From Epithemia pelagica (lineage: Eukaryota > Protista > Bacillariophyta): a stretch of DNA of 64,000 nucleotides. The notes under the pieces are model-generated. The model saw only the letters and a program-made list of their open reading frames with translations, was not told the DNA's origin and made no database searches. The stretch lies in contig OX337229.1 of the NCBI GenBank assembly GCA_946965045.2, positions 5,332,001 to 5,396,000 of the forward strand, in the 5' to 3' direction. Every line of letters starts with the position of its first letter. Positions within the stretch are counted from its first letter, which is position 1. This document shows, piece by piece, positions 30,231 to 42,511 of this stretch. A program made the translations under genes and the position numbers.

Positions 30231-32415
30231 TTATGTGTCTTTGTCTGCCATACTTTCCTCGTCTGTCACGACTGTTGATAAATCGTTGGGACTTGTACTG
30301 TTGTTGTCAAGACTTGGCAGTGTTTGGTTCTCGTCGTTGATAGAGTTTACGAGTTGGACCGCTTCAATGGCCTCCTGTAGTTCTTGAAGCAGACGGACGC
30401 GTTCGCTTACATCATTCTTCTCCAAAACACTTTTGGATTGGTCTGATTCGTCATGGGTTCTCATGTCACCTTCTGTGTTACTTTCATCAACATCATTACA
30501 GACACTGGATGACAAGGGTTCTGAACAACTCTCTTCGAGTGCTCCCGAAGGAACCTCTAGTTTTACAGGTTCCAGCTCGAATGTATCGGAAGATGCCGCA
30601 CTGCCCTCTGCCATTGCTGTTGTTTCTGAGCCATGCTGTTGTTTGTACAGTTCCAATTGTCGCATTGTTTCGTAAAAGACAGATTCCTGGTCATTGCCTC
30701 TGCGCTCTTTCATGTCGTTTGCCAGTGAATCCAAGAGAGCATCATTGTCACGACGATACTTGTTCCACCAACCCCTTGTTTCCTTCAGCCAGCTCGAAAA
30801 GAAGCGGTTCGAGCCAGCCACTAGCTCCTTGTCAGCGTCGCTCTTGTTGCTGTTGTTGACTTTTCGTTTAGTCGCCAAGGTTTCCTTGACTACCGTCACT
30901 CGAATTTCATCGCAATGACGTGCCAACCAACTTCGGAAGGGCACCGTCAATCCCAACAGGGTCCACACCCAAAATTGCCATTCCAGACTACGACCAACGG
31001 CACCACTGGTAGCGGATTGAGAATGGGACGACCGTCGAATGGCCAACAAGCGTGGTTGAAAGCCTGGAATGGTCACATGCGTGGAAAATTCGGCCTGTTC
31101 GTCGTCTTGAACATGTTGTGCCAGGAATTGGGATTGTTGCTGCAAGTAATCTCGACGAGCCTTGGCATTGGCCAAGACCAATAGTTGGGACAAGCGCAAT
31201 TTGGCCATGGGAGCCACACCCATGAAATCGGAGGGTATTATTCTTGCGCTATTAGTCGAGTGTTGCGTGGTGGTAGTGGCACGTTTCCAAACGCCTACAA
31301 CGGTGCCATCGACCCAATCGGCAAACCGATAGAGTCCTTGAACTTGGGAGGTGATTCGTTTGCGCGGCCTCACAAACTGAGGCGGCCACCAATGAAAGGA
31401 TACAGGAAATGATCCTGATGTTCGTGTTTCATGGTCCACCACGACAGGTCGACCTTGCTCCGAGTCACTTGTCGTCGTCGTATTGTCGGGGTTCTCGCTC
31501 GAAGCTGTTGTCGTGATGTTGTTGTTGCGTTTGTTCAGAATCGATTTCCATGTATAGTTCTGTACAGTTTGCCAGAGCGACATCCATGTCAAGGGTGGTG
31601 GTTGTTCGTAGTGAAAGGTTCGAATCTTCCATTGAACTGTGGGTGGTTGTTGTCGTAAGGTTTCCATATATTCTTGGACTTGTTCCGGGCTCGTCATGGC
31701 ATGAGCAATGTAGTTACGAGTTGGACAGGTGTAGGCTTCCCACATGTACAAACTGGCAATTGTCACAACAAACCTAATAGAATCAAAGAAAAAGTCGTTC
31801 AGAGGTGGAGGGTTGACTGGGAAGCATATCAATGTATCATCAACCAAGAGCGTACCATGTATTGAAACGCGGTACACCCAAAAGTACATTCTTGACAATA
31901 AGTATCATGGTATCCATGACATGTCGAAGCCCTCTATACTGATGGCATGCACGTTCGAAAAGAGGCGACGTGGCTTCCAGATGGAGGAGGACCTGGCGCA
32001 ACATTGTGTGTACATATCCCAACATGGAAAACCACAACATAATCGACACTGTTACAGCCAGGGTTGAATGAGATGACGACAAAGAGGATAAGGACTGGTG
32101 GAAACCAAGTTTTTGTCTCAAAGATTTGGACACCGTACTTTGGTGCCCGCCGGCCTCCCAAAAAATACGGCCAGTTTCCTTGTCCATCAAAGCCGATTCA
32201 GCAAAGACTGATGCTTCCATGCTGTTATCTTGCCTCCTTGTGTGTTCGCTTAGTGACTGTGAAGAGGAGGAAGAGGCCATGATGGACGAATGGTACAAAG
32301 GCGCCCTGGTTGGTGATTCTTCTGGAGGAAACGGTGTGGCCAAGATGGATGGTGAACAAAGTAAAATAAGACCAATGGAGCGAGTTATACCCCGCTTTCG
32401 AAGCCATTGTTTCAT
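30231..32415 (-). CDS. TMEM151-family membrane protein, 2 exons (intron 31774-31855), ~700 aa
   Basis: LYMWEAYTCPTR...PTVQWKIRTFHYE...AKLRLSQLL...YLQQQSQF...DD...FWVWTLLGLTVPFRSW follows the TMEM151 pattern. Splice TG|GTACGC...ATTAG|G creates NTWFVV in frame. Confidence 0.78.
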
Positions 32416-33101
32416 TCTGTTTCCTTGAGGTAACTCTCTTTTATTGTTCAGTTGATACAATTGTGAGAATTGACTCTCCGTGGCGCTATACTGCCAAGTG
32501 ACAAACGTAATCTGGATCTTTTCTTGGATCTTCGGTCGGATCCACCTGCGTAATTGGGGGTGTCAGTTTTGCATGGGGGGAGACAACTACGAGAAATTCA
32601 ACGGTTACAGGGTATGGACCAAACGCAGTCCCGCGCATCCTGTTTCCATCTCTCCATCATGAATCATGACTTCCATTTTCCATGTTATCTGTTATTCGTT
32701 CACAAATCACAAACCAAACAACAAACGCAATTGACGGTGCCAGTAAGTCACTCTCGGATCAGATCCATTTTCCCATGATCCATTTTCCATGCTTCACCAC
32801 GATTGATTGGGGGGCACTAACCACGGCTCAAGGTGTAGCATTTCCCGTAGCAAAAATTTTAAGGCTAGCACAGTCCCGCATCTATATAACATGACAAAGC
32901 GCACATTTCCATGTGTGTCTGCTAATAAAAGAGGCCCTAAAGTTTGGCACGACCTCAAGTTTAGAGAAGTAACAACGCTTAACGTTCACGTCTAGAGTTA
33001 TACTATGCGTCTTCCGAATGTTCAAAAAGGATTATACCATTTGCAAAAGAAAAGGAGCTCACAAAATCGGAAACCATCAAAAGTGAAACGAAAGAAAAAT
33101 A

Positions 33102-36100
33102 ATGAAGATTCACCACGCCCTTTTGGGCATTCTCTTCCTCTCCCCCTGGGCTGACGAGTTAGTCCAAGCTACCATGTTTGTGCCAGGTCGAACCCAAAAC
33201 CAACGTGATCAGCTATGCTCCATCAATACCATCACTCAAAAGAGATGGGACAGTGGACATCGATTCCATCCCTTTGCCATCAGGAAGAAATACGGTAACC
33301 GTGAATGCATTGAAAGCCTTGATGGTGGCAGAACCAAAGATGTGGATTGTACCAGCGCGAAAAAAGAATGGAAATGGCGAACCGACAAGAAGCTTCAGTC
33401 GGGGATGAAGGAAGCGCACGGACAACCCACGTGCTATTACACACTAAACCATATGCGTCAGTGCAAAGAAACCTACCTCCCCAGCAACAACGCAGTGAGG
33501 AACAAGGTCGAACCTGCCATTTGTCCTTGCGGTCAAGATATGGTTCGATCCACCTGCCCTGACATTAATGAATGTAAGGAAGATCACACATGCCCCGAAT
33601 ATAGCGACTGTATCAACAAACAAAACGGTTACGAATGTCGTTGTTCCACGGGTTTTGAAGAGTTCATCACGGGACGATCCGACGTTGATAACCATGGCCT
33701 TTGCGTTTCCCCTCCCTCTCAAGAACCAGACAATGTGGGCGTGACATCCTTTGAGATGTCAGTCTCCAATGTACGACCGGGACGTGTGAAAATGACTCTC
33801 AATCGGTTGGCAGATGAGGCTGCAGGGATACCAGTCCCCGTACAACTGTATTCCAACATGTTTGAAGATTTCACATCCCTGCAACAAACTCGAACGTTTG
33901 CTTTCAGCGACTTGCAGCCTGGTTCTCGCTATGTCCTTCACATTACCTACCTGGACATATCCAAGGATCCAAACAATCCCCGTGTAGGAAAAACACATTT
34001 TGGACCCATTGTAACGACCAAGTGCTTCTGTAACATTGTTGATGGAGATGAGTCCGGAAAACCGGACAGTGCACTTGTTTTGCAGAAGCAAGGCTTTGTT
34101 CAATTCCAGTGGATTGACAACTCCCGCTGTGAAGATGCATACTCTTTTTCTCGAAATCATGTTTCGGAAACTACCAATGGCGTGGTGGTAGGAGATCAAG
34201 AAGTGTTCACCTCCGACTATTACTTCTTTTCGCAACAACAGTGTGCTCAAGATCCGTATGTCCCTGGTCGTCAGGTGGCGGACGACTTGCGTATTTCGAA
34301 TCTTATCGTGGGACAAGACTACCAGTACCATATTCGAGCATCATCCAAATATCCGTGGCGAAACAGTAATCAAACCACCATGAAGCATACCGTGTTGTGG
34401 TAGGCGTCCATCGATGGTCAAGTGACCCTAGAAGAATCAGCTGGCTTGCTTCCGGTGGAACACGTCGTGGTGGAGTATCGCATGGAAGACCTCGATGGAT
34501 TCATCCTACCTGCGTGTGACGCTGTCCTTGACGGTTGGTGTCGAACGTTTACGTCTGCCTCGGGAAAGTTCACGATCGATCTGTCTTTGGTTCATCCTTC
34601 ACTGAACAATCATGACGAGTTCCCTGTTCGCATGCGTTTCTCCAAAACGACGGCAGACATTAAACATCGCTTCTTTTGCAGCGATGGAACTAAGGATTGC
34701 AGTACAGAGCTTGTTCTCGAAACCACTGGTAATCTGGAGGAAGAAGGTGAACCACTCCCCCTTAACGCCTCTGCGACAGAAGAATCAAAAGTGAACACCA
34801 CTGTGATTTATCTCCGACATTTGGAATTTAACGAACCGATCCACGTGATCGATGATACCACTGTTCCGTTCCGTGGCAAGGTCACTATCAGTGGTACTAG
34901 AATGCCAGGAGCCGGGGCTTTGGGATGTCCAATCGCAGGGGCTGAAGTGTGCCTTATGGACCACATGACCAGAAACAAGGTACTACTTCCGGAGCCGGTT
35001 TGCGTTAAAACTGATAGCGAAGGGAATTATGCGTTGCCCGCCGTGATTGGAACAACAATCTCACCAGAGGTTCGATACCACGAGCACGTTTTCGAGCCAG
35101 TTGACTCAGAGCACGACCAGCAGTTTGATAAAGGAATCCTTATACAAGCAGATGGTGTTTATGAGAACTTCAATTTGCAAGACACCACAACTACTAAGTT
35201 GACAGTTGAAGTGGCCGGTGGCCTCTGTGACCGGGTACTTGGTAAAGCAGAAACTCTGGTCAAAATTCAGGGATGTCAATGGGAAGGGGTAAACTTGATT
35301 CAGGATGGATTCCGAAATGTTTATGACGTACCTGCTCAGCCCATTGACCTTCATCTGAAGACTTTGAAAGGTCACAAAGATAATCGGGAAAGGAATGTCA
35401 TCATGGACGCCCTGAGTCCCTCGCAAGACACAAGCATCGATCTTCGAGATCTTGAGGAGGAGGATCAAGCAGAAGAACAGACTTTACCGCAGGGAGTTGG
35501 AGGCAATGACACCTCCGTTGCCGGTAACACAGAGCTAGCTGCGGACAGCTCGGAAGCAGAAGCGTTGGAAGAGGAGGAACAAAAGGTGAAGGAGAGAACA
35601 AATATGAAACGGGTTCGATTTCAATACGACGGCAAAGACGTATTGCAAGTTCGCTTCGGAAACATGGACACTGGCACGTGCGGATCGTCAGCACAAGATG
35701 AAGGAGCGGACTCGTACTCTCTCCATGTTGTTCCTTCGTTCACCTTTTTCGTCGTACACGTAATGGCAAGGCAGGAGTTTGGTTTCGACATTACCTCTTG
35801 CTCCCGATACCCGGCCAACACCACCGTGTCAATCCAAAACCAAGTTGGCGTTGCTGACTCTCCAGGAGATGGAAAGTTCCTCGACGAGTTAGAGGCAAAC
35901 CCTGATTTCGTGGAGCAAGTACGTGCATTGAAAGCCTGTAATCCATCATGCTCACACCCTCTTGAAATGGATGAGGCTACAGGTGAAAACGCTCAAGCTT
36001 CAGTTGTGTTGCTCACTGGACAACCGAATCCATTCGGTACCATGACAAAGCCTTTGTTTGTGGTGCTCGATAGATCGGGGACGATGTTGTGGTGACGGTG

Positions 36101-38919
36101 ACTTTGCCCTGACCGGTAGTCAATCCGTGGCCCTTCCAACTCATAAACCACTATTGGCATTGAGAGACCCCCCTGGGGGGTTGTCGTATGCCTATTATGA
36201 GAACATGGTCAGTACAATCCGAGTCGAGATGGAAGACTACGAACACTTTGTTGGTATTGACGCGGGTGTCAAAGCGAGTTTTGGAGGCGCGTCAGATCTC
36301 AATCAATGTACTGGAATGGGAGCCAAACAATGCATGGAAGCAATTGAAATAAAAACCAAGGCACAGCTCGATGTCCAAGGTACTACCAACTTCGAAGTGT
36401 CTCTGGTTGACAAGAGAAGTGCAGGAGCTTTCACCACGACCTGGAGCTATCGGACCAGCAGAGATGAGTGGCCAGCCGGCAAGAACTCTGACGCGTTTTT
36501 AGTGCCGAACTTGAACGTCAAGTTCAAGAAAGTTCGGGAAGTCCGCTTTTCATATTCCGAAACGGTAGACACGTGTGCGACAGCTGAAGAAAAGACAAAG
36601 TTCAACTTGGACTCTCCTGAAAACAAACCTGCAGTTGGGTTTCTCAGTCGCTTTGACATTGATAACGTCGAGATCCCCGAGCTACTGAATCTGAAGAATG
36701 TTGCCAAGAAGAACATCATTGATCTTGACTGCACTGAAACTGTGGAAGAAGACACTAGCGCCGAATGCACAAAAGAGATAATCACTCACGATGTTATGAG
36801 CCAGGCTGTTGAGGATTGGGAAGGCTTTCTCCAACGCCATGACGACATCAGCGCCCAAGCGGCCGATGGAGATCTTGACGGGATGAAACCGCACTCTTGG
36901 TTTGACAGAATTCATGATGCCGCAGAAGACTCCGACAAAACCCCAACTCCTGAATCACATTGGAGCGGTATTGTGCCGAAAACGTTGGCTGAGAGTGCGG
37001 TACGAATCCAGTCTGTTGGCCCTGCCGCGGCAGATGGCGATGAGAGCGAAGCTGAAGAACTGGAGAGAATCAATCTCATCAAGTTTGATGGAGGAGGGTC
37101 TCTGTTCCAATATGAAGTTAAGCAAAGCCTTCTTTCGGAACATACCAAGAAGATTGGACCTCCTCGTAACAACATGCAACAGCAATTTTATATCCAAGGA
37201 ACAGCTGATGTTGATGTCGAAGCCATAGCTCTTGTCGGAATGGACATTCAAGGCAAGCTACATGAGAATGGGGACTATCATCACACACAAACGAACACCG
37301 ATAAAGAGGAAACCAAGATTGGATTTGTGTTGGGTGATGCTGATATCGGAGACGTGTTTGACGTGGAAATCTTCATGGACCCCGACTATGGGACGTTTGT
37401 TTTTCATGTGGTTTCCGGTGTCTCTAAATGTCCGGTTGAGAAAGGAACCACGCCCCGTGAACAACCGTCGCTCAGTTTGGCATCGAGACCAAGCGCCGCC
37501 CTCCTTCCTGACGATACCATGATATTTGAAGTCGAGCTCACCAACGAAGGTGCATCTCCGTCAGCCTTCCAGCTCTTCACTGATCATCGGCGCAATGGAG
37601 GTCTCCTGGGCCACCTGGCGAATGGAGACACTCTCACCGTACCACAACATTATGACGTCATGGAGCCAGGAGAAACCGTGACGACCACGATAACAATCGA
37701 GCGTGGTCCTGCATGGTTTGATTACCCTTCCATCCCCATCATTTTTCGATCAGTCTGTGAAAATACGCGAAACATTGGCGAGGGGAATCTGATTGCACTC
37801 GACAACCGTGCCACGGCGTCCATTGATATTTTCAACGTAGTCGATCCCACCATGCCAGAAGGTGAGAAGGAACGTATTCGTTTCGCACAGCCCTGTCCCG
37901 GCATTGCTTGGGAGGGTGACTTGGCCTTTGAACGCACGTTTCGTATCAACGAAGCGGACCGCAAATCAACCATTCCATCGTATACACTAAAAGTGGTGGT
38001 ACGAAACCTCAACCACAATATTGAAACTTTCAACAAAACCCGCGTGAGTGCGCTTGGTCGTCTCGCCGGCGCTGGACTCTTTTTCCGTCGGGTGGGAACT
38101 GTTGCTTGGTCCAGGGCCCTTTACCGCCCTTCCGGTCATGACTTTAGCGTCCCCATAAACTTCATTGAGATGGAGGAAGACGAATATGGATACCTCACTG
38201 TCGAGTGGGATGTTGGAGCTCTTGGAGATGGTGAATATGAGATTGAAGCACGTACCATCTGTCCCGATCCCACTGGAGATCTACCCGATGATTTTAATTT
38301 CGCCACAACGTCGCGCTTGAAAGGGTTCATTGACCGCTCTCCTCCCAGCCTGTACGGTCCTGCATTTTGGGATGTATACTCCATCGACTATCCCATCGAA
38401 GTGGAATTTTCGGAAACACTCGAATGTGCTCAACCGCACAGCTTCACCCTCAAAGTTGACATCGATAATGGTTCTCGCATTCTCGACAATTCTGGTGATG
38501 GTCTTTTGGTTGTTTGTGAAGGGCGCTCCATCTCTTTTCAGTTTGACCCGGCCTGGGTGGACCACAAGGATCTCGTTGGCAAATCTGTTCGTGTAGAGTT
38601 ATCAGGAGTGGAGGATCTTAACGAGAATGCCTACAACGGTCTTATCACAGGCTCATGGCTTATGACAAACGTCAGTAACGTCAACAGCACTTCCAATGGC
38701 GGAGACAGGCGAGAATTGTGGGCAAATGAGCAGTCTCATGATGACATGTACAGAGACACAACCACTCATCACGATGCCATGGAATCCGGAATGAAGGAGC
38801 TTCATGCTCAGCTTATGACTCTGCATCGTGGTATCATGCTAGCTGTTGCGGCTATTGCCGTAACGTGCGTGGCGGGTCTGGTCGGTGTGTTAGCTATGAA
38901 GAAATCTTTTCTTGAATAA
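33102..38919 (+). pseudogene. Large type-I surface protein (~1940 aa: signal peptide, Ca-binding EGF, FN3-like repeats, LRDPPGG module, C-terminal TM), disrupted by TAG at 34401 and a frameshift near 36085
   Basis: Three consecutive ORFs read as one protein: MKIHHALLGILFLSP; DINECKEDHTC...CINKQNGYECRC; DLQPGSRY; HTVLW*ASIDGQV in frame; frame change just before GDFALTG...LRDPPGGLSYA; TM IMLAVAAIAVTCVAGLVGVLAM. Confidence 0.8.
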
Positions 38920-39390
38920 ACGAATGCAATGCTGTCTTCGCCGTCCCTTTGCTTAAAGTTGAATAAAGCAATAGAGCCAAAAGCATCAAGAATCAAGACA
39001 CATGTTGCGTGTTATAGGGACTAGGTAGACCATATACCATTGAAAGGTGGCGCATTGAAAGATGACGAACAGCATTCGATATCTCATTAAGATATACGAA
39101 TCGCTTATAGATTCCCAGCAGCATCATGGATAAAATTCGCAGAGAGAGCTTGTATCTTCTCTCCCTGATCACCAGCTGGAGTTGGAGCACCTCGCTCTGT
39201 GTACCAAATGCAATTTCCGAGTCCTAGGCGTTTCTCCTGAAAATCTTTTTGTTGGATCCAAATTTTACGGCGTTTTCTGATTGGCCAAAACATTGCAGGA
39301 TGACGTATACGTTTGTTGCCATGTATCCTTGGACTTCGACGCTTGTAAGATGTGTCGTTCAAAAGGTTTTGCTTTGCTCCTATCGGAACC

Positions 39391-42387
39391 ATGGTAGTTG
39401 GGTGGGTCTTTGCGTCCCGATTTTCTTCATCACTCCTTGTTCAATGGCCACAAGCTCGTCGACACGTAGATGCTCGTCCGTATGCTTCGGTTCGCTTCCT
39501 CGCAACTGCTTCATACAGCAACGATGACATTCTTCTTGCTAAAGTGGCGAATTATATTTCTTTTGTTAGTGGAAACAAATCTCGACCAATCAAAGACCTG
39601 GCCAAGCGTTTCAACAAAAGTGAGAGCCACGTTTTGAATCTCGTGAAAGCATCCAACAGACTCGAAGTTTCACAACGAGGTCAAGTATCGCTTGTTAAGC
39701 CAGATACAGCTGATGGATCCTCATGGAATGAAATGTCAAACGATCTGCGTAAATTGCTGTCGAACATCGCGACTACTTCAATATCTCTTCCCTCAACGAA
39801 GCGGGAAGCTAGGAATCTCGGCACTGCTGCTATTGGTTGTGAAGGAGAGCAATTTGACGTCGTCTTGGCCGAATGCTTGTGTTTTGGCTTTGCTTCTGTG
39901 AACGAGATGGCTCGGTTAGAGTGGAATATGAATCGAATCCAAAAAGCAATTGGAGAAAGCAATGGATCAAATTCCAACAGAGAAAGTGAAGGGATCGATA
40001 GTAATGACTCTTCTGTTCTTGCCAAAGCGTTCAATCACATTCACTTCCTTCCTTTCGGGGCAAGTTGCACCACTGAGGAGCTGATTATCGCAACTGGTGC
40101 AGAGAAGGAGGCACTGATTATTCTTGTCACCCGCTCCACCCGTTTCTCGGTACAGGGAGATGAGCGCATATCTGCGGTTCCCTGTCCAATGAACCAACGG
40201 CCAAGCGCGCGTTCCCAGCTTGTGAATCATCTTGAATCATTTTTGTCACGTTTGTTGTCAACCCCTCCCAGTGACATGCCGGCCAGCAAACGCTCCCTGA
40301 GTGCCTTTCTCGATGAGCTTGATCTCGGTGCAACCGATTTTGATGTCATTTTGGCGGATTGCTTGTACTTTGGCTTTGCCGCTACCGACGACATCAACAA
40401 CATTGAGTGGAACACGAATATGATCCGACAGGTAATGGGTGTCTCAACCTCTGTAACCGGTGAAGACCCCCAAACAGCATCTCATGGCCACCACCATGGA
40501 AATGGGCAACAAACCATGAAAGCTGAGCAATTCAAGCTGAGCGATGGAACACCTTGTACCTATGTTACCACAATGAACGATCTGGAGGAGATTATGCGCC
40601 ATTATCCCCAAATCTTTGGAACTGATACGGAACAAAGCTCCGACTGTAGCTCTGCCGTAACGTTGGACTGTGAAGGAATCCCTTATTCCTTGGAGCTCAT
40701 TCAAATAGGAACCAAATCGGGGGTGTTTTTGTTGGATGCTCAAACCATTGGTGTGGAATCCTTGTGTCAAGCTCTTGAACACTTCTTGACATCCCCGTCC
40801 ACCCTGAAGGTGTTGCACGATCTCCGCGAAGATGCACATGCCTTGTCAAAACTGGGCAAGGTGAAATTAGACAATATTCTCGATTCCCAACTGGTACACG
40901 AATATTTATCCGGAGCTTGTCATGGTGGCATGAACCAATTTTTGGAGAATTTGGGATTTGAGAGGCATGTGTCCAAGCTTGCCATGGGTCGTCAAATGGA
41001 TCTCCTGGCACCTGGACAATTCTGGAAAGAGCGACCTTTAACGACCGAAAAGCTGGACTATGCCGGAATGGACGTTCGTTGTCTTTACGAGTCCCTTTCC
41101 AAAATTCATGAAATCATTCCATCCGAGGACCTGGAAATGCTCAAGAAAGCCTCATCAACTCGTGCCGAAACGGCTCTGACTCAACAAGCCGTTCGATCCG
41201 TAGCGTTTGACACATTGCAACAGTATAAATTGTCATCGGCCGAACTGGTTCTTGCGCAAACTGACGAGCATACCTCTCCTACGGCCGTGTTCCAGAGCAC
41301 ACCGCATGTGGACAGTGACACGGACCACGTGATTCAGCTCTTGCCCCTTGCATTTCGGAAAAAGTGGACTCCTCAAGATTTCCCCACTACGCCAACCGAA
41401 ACGGCCCTGGATCTCACGGGTCTGACCGACATTGTGCTAGATCAGGGTCGACGGCCGGAATGTTGGGTGGACGGCCAACGAGTCTTTTTATGTGACAATC
41501 CCGAAACGATCGTTTCCGAACAGGACATTCAAACGATACTGAATCAAATTGGTGAAATTGGTCATGACAATCGAGCTGGTATCGACGGCCAACTGCATCG
41601 CTTTTCCGTTATCCGAGCACGCAACCAAACGAAAATTGTAGGCCTCACGATTCGCATCGGACGGAGTATTACGGGAATTTCGGACCTCTTGTTGGACGTG
41701 TTGCTAGGTTCTGACAAGTCTATCTTGTTGCTAGGAGAACCAGGTTCGGGCAAAACCACCATTGTTCGCGAAGCGGCTCGTCTCTTGTCTCAAGAGAAAA
41801 ATGTCATGGTGGTGGATACCTCGAGCGAAATTGGAGGACACGGAACCAAGCCCCATCCTTGTATAGGTTTAGCGCGACGCATGATGGTGCGTTCTCTCGA
41901 AGAGCAAAGTCGCGTCATGGTGGAATGTGTACAGAATCATACTCCCTTTTGTATGATTGTGGACGAGATTGGTCGCAAACAAGAAGTGTTAGCAGCCCGC
42001 ACGGTTCGTCAACGGGGAGTCCGAATCATTGCCAGTGCTCATGGAGATTTACGGAAACTGGTTCAAAACCACGAGCTCCGTGGGTTGGTAGGAGGCGTGG
42101 AACAAATCACTTTGGGAGATGCCTTGGCCGCCAAACAAGCCTTGCGAAAAGGACCAACCACCGCCTCTCTTGACGGAAGTGTTTCCAAAATCAAACAGGA
42201 GCGGGCGACGGATCCGACCTTTGATGTCATTGTCGAACTTCGACGTGGTCTCTTCGATGAATGGGTTGTGATCCCCGATGTGGCCAAAGCAGTGGATAGC
42301 ATTTTGGACGGACAGGAATACCCGGCCCAAAAACGCAAACGAGACCCGCACACAGGTGCTTTGTTGCTGGAGCTTTTTCGCGCCTAA
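39391..42387 (+). CDS. Fusion protein: presequence-like N-terminus, duplicated helical/wHTH-like units, DEDDy 3'-5' exonuclease, Ycf45/SpoIIIAA-type P-loop ATPase
   Basis: LDCE (40663), LHDLREDA, LDSQL, YAGMD; DIVLDQGRRPE, NRAGIDGQLHRFS, GEPGSGKTT (41734), VDTSSEIGG, NHTP...IVDEIG, IASAHG. Confidence 0.9.
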   Translation: MVVGWVFASRFSSSLLVQWPQARRHVDARPYASVRFLATASYSNDDILLAKVANYISFVSGNKSRPIKDLAKRFNKSESHVLNLVKASNRLEVSQRGQVSLVKPDTADGSSWNEMSNDLRKLLSNIATTSISLPSTKREARNLGTAAIGCEGEQFDVVLAECLCFGFASVNEMARLEWNMNRIQKAIGESNGSNSNRESEGIDSNDSSVLAKAFNHIHFLPFGASCTTEELIIATGAEKEALIILVTRSTRFSVQGDERISAVPCPMNQRPSARSQLVNHLESFLSRLLSTPPSDMPASKRSLSAFLDELDLGATDFDVILADCLYFGFAATDDINNIEWNTNMIRQVMGVSTSVTGEDPQTASHGHHHGNGQQTMKAEQFKLSDGTPCTYVTTMNDLEEIMRHYPQIFGTDTEQSSDCSSAVTLDCEGIPYSLELIQIGTKSGVFLLDAQTIGVESLCQALEHFLTSPSTLKVLHDLREDAHALSKLGKVKLDNILDSQLVHEYLSGACHGGMNQFLENLGFERHVSKLAMGRQMDLLAPGQFWKERPLTTEKLDYAGMDVRCLYESLSKIHEIIPSEDLEMLKKASSTRAETALTQQAVRSVAFDTLQQYKLSSAELVLAQTDEHTSPTAVFQSTPHVDSDTDHVIQLLPLAFRKKWTPQDFPTTPTETALDLTGLTDIVLDQGRRPECWVDGQRVFLCDNPETIVSEQDIQTILNQIGEIGHDNRAGIDGQLHRFSVIRARNQTKIVGLTIRIGRSITGISDLLLDVLLGSDKSILLLGEPGSGKTTIVREAARLLSQEKNVMVVDTSSEIGGHGTKPHPCIGLARRMMVRSLEEQSRVMVECVQNHTPFCMIVDEIGRKQEVLAARTVRQRGVRIIASAHGDLRKLVQNHELRGLVGGVEQITLGDALAAKQALRKGPTTASLDGSVSKIKQERATDPTFDVIVELRRGLFDEWVVIPDVAKAVDSILDGQEYPAQKRKRDPHTGALLLELFRA

Positions 42388-42511
42388 GTGGTAATAGATC
42401 GTTCCCTGACGAGAGGTTCCATGTAGATGAAGTGCCTTTACATACTCGTAGTCATCAGAAGAGAACGGACCACCAATCGTCACACTTCCCAATTGTCCAA
42501 ATTCGTCTGAG

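Noticed and set aside
7516-34403. Global reassignment of TAG to a sense codon
   Set aside because: Several genes here end properly at TAG (9924, 12723, 13228, 25118, 53848, 58437); kept only as a low-interest context observation.
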